DNA from: Strigamia acuminata
Taxonomy: Eukaryota
NCBI GenBank assembly: GCA_949358305.1
Contig: OX442314.1
Location: 6,138,001 to 6,202,000, forward strand
Length of the DNA stretch: 64,000 bases
Direction: 5' to 3'
Made by a program: the position numbers and the translations under genes. Each line of letters opens with the position of its first letter. Position 1 is the first letter of the stretch. Shown here piece after piece: positions 9,079 to 19,210 of this stretch. The notes under the pieces are model-generated. The model saw only the letters and a program-made list of their open reading frames with translations, was not told the origin of the DNA and made no database searches.

Positions 9079-9414
9079 ATGAAACGAGTAAGACGTCACG
9101 CTAATGTGCTCCGGGCCATTCCCGATTTAAATAAGAGACAAATCAAGGATTTTCTCAAACATTCTAACGATGATTTCTGTAAAACCATCTGTGAAATTTG
9201 TTTAAACATTATAAAAGGTACAATTAAGTTAGGAGCAAATCAGAAACAATCACTTTATCGAAGGAGAAGGTTGTTAAGAAAATTGGCCACTCCTACATCT
9301 TCATTCAAACAAAGACGGAACTTGGTCATTCAAACTGGTGGATTTTTACCACAACTACTCGCCCCAATTATTGGAGCATTAGTAGGTAAACTAATTAGTA
9401 AACGAAATGGCTAG
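9079..9414 (+). CDS. Small basic Polinton protein with C-terminal amphipathic helix
   Basis: ICEICLNII.G motif; QTGG followed by FLPQLLAPIIGALVGKLIS. Confidence 0.6.
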   Translation: MKRVRRHANVLRAIPDLNKRQIKDFLKHSNDDFCKTICEICLNIIKGTIKLGANQKQSLYRRRRLLRKLATPTSSFKQRRNLVIQTGGFLPQLLAPIIGALVGKLISKRNG

Positions 9415-10291
9415 GAAAATGGTTTTAGTACCGCAGGAAATGATGTCATCTTTACAATATTTGAAAAAGAACTATGATGATATTGATCCGCAATATCAAA
9501 AATTGCAAAAGATTGAATCGTCAATAGAGGAAATTTTCAATGATGCAAACTTGAATGATGAAATGAAAGCTAAACTTATATCGACACTTCAATCTCAATT
9601 TGGAAACTTCAAACAGAAGCTAATGAAACAATTAAATGCACCAAAAACTGTTACTATATCACCTCCAGCTCAATCCACATCTCCACCTCAATCACCACCA
9701 CCAATTGTTTCGCACTTATCCACATCTCAATCGCCATTTGTTCTTCAACCATTGGATAAAATAATGTTGAATAAAATGTCAAAAGATCAAAAGAAACAAG
9801 CTATTGCGTTAATGGAAGTTATGAATTTGAATCCAAGGTTGAAATGGAGCAATCTATCGGAAATGATTATAGATGGAGTAAAAATTCCAAATACAACCAA
9901 AGCTGATCTTATAAACTATGCCATAAGAAACCGCCCGAAGCAAAATGTAATTCCTATTGGTCAGTCAGAGTATATTAAAATTTTGATTGATTCAAATGTA
10001 CCAAAAGAATACATTATCAACAAGAATTTAAGAAAGGAATTAATTAGACCGATGAGCACTTCAACTCCCACAATTACTCGGGACATTCATAGAGATTCAT
10101 TAAGTGGAAATGAGTCCATCCTCAATAATCAAACACTATCAGATCAAGAGCTGGCAGACCTAGAGTACAGTTGGGCCCATTACGGAACACCAAACAAAAC
10201 TTCAAGATTTCATCAAGACCGAGACGAGAGTGCATTTAAATATAAAACACCAAGTTCCGGTTCACAAAAAAGGAAAAAAATAAAGAAATAA
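9407..10291 (+). CDS. Polinton protein of unknown function (MARKMVLVP start, coiled-coil and Pro/Ser-rich linker)
   Basis: 294-aa ORF packed between the ATPase-adjacent gene and the integrase; W...E.IIDG..IP.T...DLI pattern. Confidence 0.6.
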   Translation: MARKMVLVPQEMMSSLQYLKKNYDDIDPQYQKLQKIESSIEEIFNDANLNDEMKAKLISTLQSQFGNFKQKLMKQLNAPKTVTISPPAQSTSPPQSPPPIVSHLSTSQSPFVLQPLDKIMLNKMSKDQKKQAIALMEVMNLNPRLKWSNLSEMIIDGVKIPNTTKADLINYAIRNRPKQNVIPIGQSEYIKILIDSNVPKEYIINKNLRKELIRPMSTSTPTITRDIHRDSLSGNESILNNQTLSDQELADLEYSWAHYGTPNKTSRFHQDRDESAFKYKTPSSGSQKRKKIKK

Positions 10292-10331
10292 ACAGCATAT
10301 CTAGGAGCATAGAACAAAGGTAGAAAAACAT

Positions 10332-11426
10332 ATGGCAGAGCATCAATTGAAAGATATCTACTTTAATCTAAGAAATCCTGCCGGATTTAGTAGTCGAGAT
10401 AAATTGTTCCATGCTGCACGTAATCGGGGGGTACAAGTTACCAGAAAGGAGATTCAAGATTGGTTACAAGGACTAGACTCATATGCCTTACATAAACCAG
10501 TTCGATACAAGTTTCAACGCTCTAAGACTATTGTACCATCTATTAATTACCAATGGCAATCGGATTTGGTTGAAGTTGGAAACATAGCAAAGGAAAATGA
10601 TGGAAATAGATATTTAATGACTGTCATTGATGTATTTTCACGATATGCGTATATTGAAGCTTTACCAACAAAGTCTGCGCAACATATTATAAAAGCTTTT
10701 GAAACAATTCTAAAACGTGCCAAGACTAAACCCCTTTTTCTACAGACCGATAAGGGAAAAGAATACTTAAATAAAGCTTTTCAGGAATTCTTACTAAAAA
10801 ATAACATCAAACATTTTACAAGTGAAAATGATGATATTAAATGTTCACTTTGTGAAAGATTAAATCGGACCATAAAGCAGAAAATGTGGACTTATTTCAC
10901 ATATACCGGCAGACATCGATATATTGACCAACTGCAAACATTTATTGATTCGTATAATCATAGCGTTCATCGAACATTAGGAATGAAACCTGTTGATGTT
11001 ACGAAAGAGAAAGAACCGGCAGTGTTTTACCACTTATATGGTGATACAATAAATAAAAGACATAAAAAATTTAAGTTTAATATTGGTGATGGTGTTAGAA
11101 TATCAAAATCAAAAGTGGTTTTCCGAAAGGGATACAGGGGAAGCTATTCGCATCAAATTTATTATATTGCCAATCGATTAATCCGACCACCAGAAGTTGT
11201 CTATATGCTTAAAGATTACAATGATGAACCTTTACTCGGTACATTTTATGAATTTGAGTTGCAGAAAATTAATAAACCCAAGGATGCGGAGTATGCTGTA
11301 GAAACAGTATTAAAGTCTAAAGGCAAAGGTGCGAATAAATTATATTTTGTAAAGTGGATGGGTTATGGAGATGAATTTAATTCCTGGATTTCCGCTGATG
11401 ACTTACGAGACAACCCACCATTATAA
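10332..11426 (+). CDS. Retroviral-type (rve) integrase with C-terminal chromodomain
   Basis: WQSDL (D), QTDKGKEY (D), CERLNRTIK (E), YNHSVHRT; C-terminal YAVETVL...YFVKWMGY.DEFNSW chromodomain. Confidence 0.96.
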   Translation: MAEHQLKDIYFNLRNPAGFSSRDKLFHAARNRGVQVTRKEIQDWLQGLDSYALHKPVRYKFQRSKTIVPSINYQWQSDLVEVGNIAKENDGNRYLMTVIDVFSRYAYIEALPTKSAQHIIKAFETILKRAKTKPLFLQTDKGKEYLNKAFQEFLLKNNIKHFTSENDDIKCSLCERLNRTIKQKMWTYFTYTGRHRYIDQLQTFIDSYNHSVHRTLGMKPVDVTKEKEPAVFYHLYGDTINKRHKKFKFNIGDGVRISKSKVVFRKGYRGSYSHQIYYIANRLIRPPEVVYMLKDYNDEPLLGTFYEFELQKINKPKDAEYAVETVLKSKGKGANKLYFVKWMGYGDEFNSWISADDLRDNPPL

Positions 11427-11480
11427 TTTGTATACACATAAATAATAAAGATATATTTCGATCATTGCATATGCACTTGT

Positions 11481-11867
11481 TTATTTAACAATAGTTACAT
11501 TCGAATGGAGAAAAGAGATTGCTCGAGTTAATCTAATCCATTGATACCAATTTAAATTAATTCCTTTGATGGATGGACCAGCTCAGCTAAACTGTCTGAT
11601 ATCAAATATTACATCATCTCCACGTTTGCAAATATTTAGTTGTTTTCCATTTCCTAGATCAAAAGTGGAATTGCATCCATTGGATACAGGCAACATTTTC
11701 ACTACATCCACAGTTGGTTGGATTAAGGTTGGAGGAGAGTACATCAGAATCATGATTTGTAGAATAACGATACAACATCCAACAACAGAGAAACTTCCAG
11801 TCGTAATCCATAATTTATGATTTTCAAATAAGAGCATCAGGTTTTTCTGTAATCCTGCTCTGTCCAT
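11481..11867 (-). pseudogene. Hydrophobic-segment + PC4-like gene containing an in-frame TGA (11583-11585)
   Basis: FDLGNGKQLNIC..DVIFDIRQFS*AGPSIKGINLNWYQWIRL: the PC4 pattern continues in frame past the stop to TAA at 11481. N-terminal hydrophobic stretch FSVVGCCIVILQIMILMY. Confidence 0.65.
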
Positions 11868-12050
11868 GGTTTGTGAAAGAATGACACGATAATATATATA
11901 ATAATGGTTTTATTTTATAAAAATAATAATAATAATAATAATAATAATTTCATTTACAAAATAAATTACATGATAAGATAATGATATAATAATAATAAAA
12001 ATATGTAACAGTTTTGTTTACAAAATAAATAAATAAATAAATAACACTTT

Positions 12051-15000
12051 TTACAAAATAATATTGTAATGCCCATGAGCTAGAGTTGTTACACCATCAC
12101 TCAAAATGTACCTTTTATCATCTCCAGCAGACAAAGCAATTTTCTTTTGCAAAATTGTATATAATTCGTGATCGAAAGAGCGAATTTGATTTGATGAACG
12201 TGCGTTTTCTATTTTGTTGAATAGACACTCTTTGTAGTCTTTGTGGCGAAGTTGATTTCGCACACTTCGAGGTACACCTTTTGCTGTCTTTTTTTCTTGA
12301 TCTTTTGTTTTAAACGAATACATTTTACATCGAAGTCCGAGAAATTCCTGTATGCATTTCCCGGACATTTCGTCTTTAAACTTTCCAATTACCTTTTTAT
12401 TCTTTGTGCTGTATAGGGAGTGTGTGGAAGGATAATCTGAAGTGTCGAATTTTTCTAAATCTTTTTTCATGTCTGCATAAATATCATCTGTTTCGATATT
12501 ATACGTTAAACTATCCGTATCAGTAAAAAGCAACTTGGCTTTGTTCCCATATGTTTTTTTGATATGATTATAATGAAAATCATACATAAGGACTTTGCTA
12601 AGTTCTAGAATGCAAAAGCCCACGTATATGGGTCTATTTAATAGGATATTTCTTTTCTTTAAATGTACACCTACAAGATCTTCATTGAAAATCTTGAACT
12701 CGTGAAAAGTTGGTGAATTTAATAATTTAGTCACTCGCTTTGGATTTTGCACCAACCTCACATCAACACGTTTCCTGACGGATTTGAGCGACTTCCCAAA
12801 AACACTATTATTCATCAATTTGAAGAAGTCCTTTTGAAAACTATTGGTTGCTTGTTTTCGCAACTCAGTATTTAAGCCAATGTACTTTGCAAGCCAATCA
12901 GATTGTTCAAATTCCAGAATTTTATGAATTTTCGTGACTTTCATTCCCAATTTCAAATACAATTGGAGGTTTTGGTAGTGGATAATGTATTTTGTTTTGT
13001 TAGCAAGGTTAGGAACTAATTTGGGAGATGGGTGATGTTTTTGTTCTAGTAGGTTAAGGTGTTCGAGACTGTAGGGTGATAACATGTTTTCAGTTACTGT
13101 TAGTCGTTCGGGAGCAAGAGGATAATCGTTATGGGAATCATGGAGTTCTTTGGGATATTCTAAATCTACTTCCAAAATATATCCCTTTGTGCCGGTATCA
13201 CTAATGCTTAACACATCAAAATCATCGGTGGGCGGTATCCATTTGAAATTATGAGTTGGCAAATATTGGTTCATTGCCCAGCCGTACAAGTTATTCGCAT
13301 TGAGATAGATGATGTGATTGGATGGAAGGTCCTTTTTATAACCATCTATATCTTTGTGATTGGCTTTAGCAAATCGATGGCTAATCATTGATATACCACC
13401 GCGAATACCATTTTCAATAAAGACATGCATAAGCGGATCCGTTAACAGTTCTAATTTGACATCTGTTAGTTTCAGACATGCCCCCCACGAGAGACCGGGT
13501 GTTGTGAAATAATTGCAACAATCCAATTTATAAGTCTCTAAACAAATTGATCGAAAATTTTCAAAGACGTCAGCTAGCAGCAAAACGTCAATCAAAACAT
13601 AAAGGTCTTGATAAACACCGAGATTTAGGATATTGAATTTATCCCACACTTTCTTTGCATGAATATAATCAGATTCGGATACACTTTGCGCACTTAGAGT
13701 ACTGTAAAATGCAGATATGGGAGGAAGTTGGACTTCGTTGAATTTGATCCAAGAGTCCATGTACTCATATGGAAAAATACCTTTCCGTAATAACAAACCG
13801 ATTTGATCAGGTTTGAAATGTTGATTCATTATTCGGAATTGGTTTGGATCACTTTTGAATAAATTAGCAACCAATGATTCTAAAGATGCATTCATAAATT
13901 GCAGACTATCGAGAAATCGAAGATTTCCGAGTGAAAAAGTAATATATCGTTGCATGTTGGTTGGAATACAGCTTATTTCACGATCTTTATACTTTCCAAT
14001 TCCCTGCATTAACAAATGTGAATCATAATTTTTTAAGTTATGAAACACAACGGGAATTTGTTTAGATGTTCTGCGATACATCAGATTACAAAAATTATGA
14101 GCAGGGCCACGGAACTTGCCAGTAGCATGATCATGGTCCCTTACTTTCTTTTCATTTTTTAAAAATGTCTTATTACAAATGTGACAAGATGTAGCACTTT
14201 CCATAAACAATTTTTCTTCATTTGATAAATCCATTGGAAGATTTAAAGCCATAAGCTTTCCCAACTCTACTTCCAATTTAGTAATGTGATCAAGAAAATG
14301 ATCAACTGCATTTTCACCTCGATATACCGATGGAGGTTGATGCAGTTTACCCTCTGTATTGATTACGGCATAAGCATAACCTGATGGAACGTGCTTGGAC
14401 ACTTTTTGCACTTTGCTTGTCTCATCTTTTTTAACATTTTTAACAAGCAGTGACTCGAAATCTGCATATATTACAAATGGGACTTTAAATTGTTTATGGA
14501 AATCAGTAAAGTGCATCCATTTTGTTTCATCAGTGGGGTATTTAACTTTTTGAAGTCCATGGGTAGAGCAGTACTCCAAGTGATCTTTTAGTATCCGTTC
14601 TGACGAACATCTGTGCAGACAATATTTACAATAGTGAGCTTTGGGATCATGATGTGTCAATGAATGTAACAGTTTATTTAAATTTTTAATCCAGCAATAA
14701 TGTTGGGTTTGATCATTAGCAAAAAGTAACAAATTTATTTGGGTTTTATGTTCCAATTTGCTAATGTATAGAGGAAACACTTCTTTTTCGAAACCAAACA
14801 CATGAACGCTAATAGAATTCATAGTTTCGAACTTGGGGATTTGTTGAATACTCATTGGGAATGAAAGTCCGGTTAAATCTAAAGTGTTTCGATACATAGT
14901 ATAATTTGAAACACGATGAGGATTGGAAGGTGCAGTATGCAGAGCAGCTAAAACACTCCAGAGAAAGCACAAAGAATCTTCATTTTGCACATTTATTATT

Positions 15001-16436
15001 GCTTTCTTGTCTGCTAAAAATTTGGGAAGTGTGATATAAGATCTTCCAGCTAATGGGCGATATCTACCAATATTTATATGCATTTCTACCACCGCTTCAA
15101 ATACCCAACCACTACCATCTCGTTGAAATTCGGCGCAGGAACGTTTAATTTTCTCGTACGCCTCTAATAATTGGTTCTCGAGATCCGATTCAACGAGCGC
15201 AATATAGCAAATGCTTCGAAAACACGCAATGGTTTCCGTATCACCACTCTGTGAGGTTCGAGTGAAATGTATATTAACAGCGATATAATATTTTACCGCT
15301 TTCTTTTTAATCAATTGAAAATTTAAAATACGTTTCACTCGACTGTGGTGTTGAATGAAAAAGTGATTTAAATCACCACAATCATTACCGGGAATTTTAT
15401 ACGTGTTGACGTTTCCCTCTAATGCATCAACACACGGATCATCGCAGGGTAGTGGTTGCGGATGTGGAACGGCAGGTAGAGGATGAACATGAACTTGCAT
15501 GTGTTGAAGTAAATTTTTTTTTAAAGAAAAAGACTTTTTGCAAACATTGCAAGGAAATGTCTCTTTGCTGCGATTGTGAACTTTTTTAACATGTCGCAGC
15601 ATGTCATCTTTACGCTTAAAAACATTTGAACATATTTCACACTTGAATGTGCTTTTTGCAAGAGTATGTAAATGCAGAATATGTCGTTTCAAAGTAGAAT
15701 TACAAGAAAAGATTTTCTTGCAGTACTCACACAAATATACTTTCTGTCCACCTCCAATTTGTTGCACTAAAGTCATAGGAGATGGGGGATTGACGATGCG
15801 GCTTGTTCCTGCTTGCTGCAAATTTGGTTGATAGTGGTACACAGGAACTGGAGACTCGCACGATATCGATGGAATGCACGATTGAGATGACGCAGGTTCA
15901 GATTGATTGTCGCAGGTTGGAGTTGGCACAAGTTGAGATTGAATGACGTAGGATGGAGATGGTACAGGATGAGAGGGAATGATGACGGTAGGTGGTGAGA
16001 GTGGATAAATTGGAGAATAATTATAAATCCATGGAGAATCAATGTATCTATTTTCTTCATCGGGTAGAGGATTGGGTGTGTTTACTTGCGAAAAGAGAGA
16101 TTCTTCAATTTCCGTAAGCATCTCTTCAAATTCACAAATATTATGTTGCACTACTTGATTATGGAATTGATGGTTAATCAAGACAGGAACGGGAGACTCA
16201 CATGATGTCAGTGGATTGCATGATTGAGATGATGCAGGTTGAGATTGGTTGATGATGGTAGGCGATGAGAGTGGATAAATTGGAGAATGATTATAAATCC
16301 ATGGAGAATCATTGTATCCATTTTCTTCATCATCAACATCTAGCAGTGGATTAGGTGTGTTTACAGGAGGAAAGAGAGATTCTTCAATCTCCATAAACAA
16401 CTCTTCAAATTCAGACTGAATGTGGTTAAATTCCAT
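12051..16436 (-). CDS. polB: Family B DNA polymerase of Polinton type with N-terminal C2H2 zinc fingers and an EndoVII/HNH-like insertion; motif A Asp replaced by Asn
   Basis: YADFES (ExoI), FHNLKNYDSH (ExoII), RKGIFPYEY, YLNANNLYG (motif A), KLMNNSVFGK (B), FTDTDS (C); three CxxC-x12-H fingers; CHIC...DHDHATGKFRGPAHNFCN. ATG 16436 preferred because 16508 overlaps the TATA box. Confidence 0.95.
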   Translation of the reverse strand: MEFNHIQSEFEELFMEIEESLFPPVNTPNPLLDVDDEENGYNDSPWIYNHSPIYPLSSPTIINQSQPASSQSCNPLTSCESPVPVLINHQFHNQVVQHNICEFEEMLTEIEESLFSQVNTPNPLPDEENRYIDSPWIYNYSPIYPLSPPTVIIPSHPVPSPSYVIQSQLVPTPTCDNQSEPASSQSCIPSISCESPVPVYHYQPNLQQAGTSRIVNPPSPMTLVQQIGGGQKVYLCEYCKKIFSCNSTLKRHILHLHTLAKSTFKCEICSNVFKRKDDMLRHVKKVHNRSKETFPCNVCKKSFSLKKNLLQHMQVHVHPLPAVPHPQPLPCDDPCVDALEGNVNTYKIPGNDCGDLNHFFIQHHSRVKRILNFQLIKKKAVKYYIAVNIHFTRTSQSGDTETIACFRSICYIALVESDLENQLLEAYEKIKRSCAEFQRDGSGWVFEAVVEMHINIGRYRPLAGRSYITLPKFLADKKAIINVQNEDSLCFLWSVLAALHTAPSNPHRVSNYTMYRNTLDLTGLSFPMSIQQIPKFETMNSISVHVFGFEKEVFPLYISKLEHKTQINLLLFANDQTQHYCWIKNLNKLLHSLTHHDPKAHYCKYCLHRCSSERILKDHLEYCSTHGLQKVKYPTDETKWMHFTDFHKQFKVPFVIYADFESLLVKNVKKDETSKVQKVSKHVPSGYAYAVINTEGKLHQPPSVYRGENAVDHFLDHITKLEVELGKLMALNLPMDLSNEEKLFMESATSCHICNKTFLKNEKKVRDHDHATGKFRGPAHNFCNLMYRRTSKQIPVVFHNLKNYDSHLLMQGIGKYKDREISCIPTNMQRYITFSLGNLRFLDSLQFMNASLESLVANLFKSDPNQFRIMNQHFKPDQIGLLLRKGIFPYEYMDSWIKFNEVQLPPISAFYSTLSAQSVSESDYIHAKKVWDKFNILNLGVYQDLYVLIDVLLLADVFENFRSICLETYKLDCCNYFTTPGLSWGACLKLTDVKLELLTDPLMHVFIENGIRGGISMISHRFAKANHKDIDGYKKDLPSNHIIYLNANNLYGWAMNQYLPTHNFKWIPPTDDFDVLSISDTGTKGYILEVDLEYPKELHDSHNDYPLAPERLTVTENMLSPYSLEHLNLLEQKHHPSPKLVPNLANKTKYIIHYQNLQLYLKLGMKVTKIHKILEFEQSDWLAKYIGLNTELRKQATNSFQKDFFKLMNNSVFGKSLKSVRKRVDVRLVQNPKRVTKLLNSPTFHEFKIFNEDLVGVHLKKRNILLNRPIYVGFCILELSKVLMYDFHYNHIKKTYGNKAKLLFTDTDSLTYNIETDDIYADMKKDLEKFDTSDYPSTHSLYSTKNKKVIGKFKDEMSGKCIQEFLGLRCKMYSFKTKDQEKKTAKGVPRSVRNQLRHKDYKECLFNKIENARSSNQIRSFDHELYTILQKKIALSAGDDKRYILSDGVTTLAHGHYNIIL

Positions 16437-16529
16437 GATACAAACAGTTCCTAGCACTTGCAAGAAGTGAAGAGAAGAGAGTAGGGAATTGCAGGTATAT
16501 ATAGCCATTACTAGTTTCCCACTGGTTAA

Positions 16530-16923
16530 GATGACTACCCAATAATATCCCTCCTTTGGTTAAAAGTAGCCTAAGGGTCCTTTGAAAATTTGGGAAAAAC
16601 AACAACAAGGTACTTAAGTAAAGAAAAACAAGGGTCCTTTGAAAATTTGGGAAAAACAACAAGGTACTTAAGTATAGAAAAACAATAACAAATAATAGCC
16701 AAGGGTGCATTGATTGAATGATAAGATTGATTGATTGAAGCAATTAGTCACCCCCCCCCCACTTATCCTTTCCCTTATCTCCCCCTCCCCTTATCTCCCC
16801 CTCCCCTTATCTTCCCCCTCCCCTTTTCTCCCCCTCCCCTTATCTCCCCCCACTTAACCCTCACCACCCCCCACCCCCCGAACCGTGAACCGCCTGTTTC
16901 AAGACTGCCACTAACCCACTACT
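16530..16923 (-). repeat. Right terminal inverted repeat of the Polinton
   Basis: Reverse complement of 1500-1937; ends ...CCCACTACT followed by TSD CGACTC. Confidence 0.95.
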
Positions 16924-16998
16924 CGACTCCATGTTGGCCGTGCGCGCTCTCAGCGGCTGTGGCAGCGTCAACGAGCCGGCCACATGGTACTGGTTGTT

Positions 16999-17140
16999 GA
17001 CGTCGCGCATATGAATAATTTCCCACGTCGCGCATACGAATTGCGACAAGATTCGTAAGCGCGACATCGCGTGTGTGAATATATACTTCGTGCAACAGGA
17101 TTCGTAACCGCGACAAGCACTGTCGCGGTTACGAATATCG
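16999..17140. repeat. CGCGAC/GTCGCG-rich array, right arm matching 930-1070
   Basis: GACGTCGCGCATATGAATA inverted relative to 941-959; internal hairpin ATTCGTAACCGCGACA...TGTCGCGGTTACGAAT. Confidence 0.7.
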
Positions 17141-17699
17141 GGCTTATTATTCAACACCACATATTGGCATGTAGAATTTACATAAGTGATTTTATATTAC
17201 GTAAAACTACAGGGGGCGCTGTTTGTGCGTCAAAAAATGATGAATGGTCTGTATTGACTAAGGGATTTCAAACACTCCAGTATCCCCGCAATTGGGGAAA
17301 CTAGCAGTTATAAAAATCAACAATCAAAAATGAAGATTAACAAAATAAACAATACCAAATCATTTAACTAAAAAACATAACATTATAAATCATCCACTGG
17401 AAAACTGAAGAAGTCCGGCGGTCTCGTATTGCGTTTCGTCGCATACATCATGGCCACCCTGGCCTTAACAATATTACAGACATCTTCACTAAATAGTTAC
17501 CGACTCACAAACTCAAATTATTATTGTGTGACAGTTTTTAGAGTGTAATTTGTGTAAACACAAACATGTGACACTTAAAGGGGGGATTGTAGTTGCATAT
17601 ATTGTCTCCCTAACCAAATATCCATTCACATAGTGCTGTATCGCCCGAGGTAGCGCTATCCAGCAGAGTAAGTGATACATATGTGTATGCCGAACTGCG

Positions 17700-18270
17700 G
17701 TGTGACTGGATATGGTCCTGCCCAGGTGGTTGGGGTTTTACCACATGGGATGGGACACATATCGCTCACGTAAGAACGAGACAAGGACTCAGATTGTTGG
17801 GTTTTGGCCTTTAATCGTTGTCTAGGGGTTGGGTCACCTATCTCACTGTGCGGTGCCACTAGGCACGCTGCACCGGCGACCGACCCGTCACACACAGGGC
17901 GTAACCCCCATGGGTGACGTGGTCGGACGCCTCGGACGAACACTGCCGTACTTACCCGTAGGACCCATGTAGCCACTCATGGTACTGCAGCAGTCATCTC
18001 AACCTGCCACTGAGTGTCACAGTGGTGAGTGGTGAGAAGAGCAGAGTCGGCAGTTGTCTCTGCCATTGTTAGGACCGTGGCAGCTGCACCTGGCACGTCT
18101 TCACTCTCGGCTCCCTCAGCAACGTCTCTCTCTCAGCACACCACTCTGCTCTGTACCTCCCCTGCTAGGCCGGTCCACTCCTCAAAGAGGGGGATGGCTT
18201 GGGGCTGCCAGGCGGTGTGTGGAGTGACGTAGGCCACTAGGGTGGCCAAACGGTCACAGCAGTATTCCTT
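17700..18270 (+). repeat. Dispersed ~550-bp repeat, class unknown (copy 1)
   Basis: Shares blocks GATTGTTGG..TTTTGGCCTTTAATC, CCCATGTAGCC.CTCATGG, CAGTGGTGA.TGG and GGTGGCCAAACG.TCAC with copies at ~48250-48600 (-), ~54880-55500 (+) and ~57480-58040 (+). Confidence 0.7.
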
Positions 18271-18618
18271 TTGGGTAACCATACTGTTGATTGTATGTCG
18301 TCACATTGATCACGTGTCTTTAAGGCCAATAAGGTAATGGCTTATAAGCTTATTTACCAATTGAGGTTCTTCCTAAGAGTGGTTTATTAGGTTTAGGCTT
18401 AGCAAGCAGTTATGTTCTATTCCTGTTTTACACATGCTTTAGCGCACATGCTGTGCAGATTTATTCTGTAAAAATAACACGGAATAAACAGCTTTATTTT
18501 TATTATTGCAACGACCCTGAAGATTTATTTACATGCGACACGGAGCAGACATGTGGGCCTTCACATTTTGTTTAGGCGCACGTATTCATGTGCGATGAGC
18601 AATCTCGGCAAACATTTT

Positions 18619-19210
18619 TCAAGGATTTTGCAGCACAGAACAGCACCATTCCGTGTGACACAGAGTGGTAGGAACTTCGCAAATCCTCTCTATCGGCAGC
18701 TTGTGTCTACTGCATGACTTTATCCTGCACGGAATGGTTTGTAATGGAAATCGAGAAAAATTAGTGAGGTAGCAATCAAGGTTTATAATCGAAGCGCTGG
18801 CTCCAGTGTCGAGTTCCATCAGGAGATCCACATCTGCAACGCGCACAATCATGATAATTGGTTTAGTGCGAGGCAATTCCACTGAGTTAACTGCTTCGAT
18901 CGGCACATCTCGAATGGAATAAAATGTCATGTCTGGCAGCATCATGATTGAATGGACTGCTCGAGTTTTTTCTGCGGATGACTGACATGAGGGACGAATG
19001 TGGCCATTACGACCACAACCGTGGCAATTCGCATCCTTGAATCTACAATGTTCACACACACGGTCAGATTTGCCAGAAGACTGACAAAACGAGGTGACTT
19101 GCTTTGGTCCAGCGGTGTGGAGGAGTCCCTTGGCTTAGTGGTGCCTCTCGAGGAGCAGTTGCCACTTTTGTCTGCGAGTGCGGCCTGGCATCGTGAACTT
19201 TGTGCACATT
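18619..19210 (-). pseudogene. Degenerate Ty3/gypsy gag (zinc knuckle)-protease fragment related to the 32812-36771 element
   Basis: CRFKDANCHGCGRNGHIRPSC and LMELDTGAS align with CRFRDATCHGCGKTGHIKPVC and LMEMDTGAG; DNA at 19141-19208 resembles 35773-35848; frameshifted. Confidence 0.85.

Larger units (their letters stand above)
1500..16923. mobile_element. Polinton/Maverick (endogenous adintovirus-like virus), full length
   Basis: Termini AGTAGT...ACTACT; 6-bp TSD CGACTC at 1494-1499 and 16924-16929; ~400 bp TIRs; PolB, integrase, ATPase, protease and two capsid genes present. Confidence 0.98.

Noticed and set aside
11583..11585. Selenocysteine at the in-frame TGA
   Set aside because: The position is a variable loop with no Cys expected, and I could not identify a SECIS-like element; a nonsense mutation is simpler.
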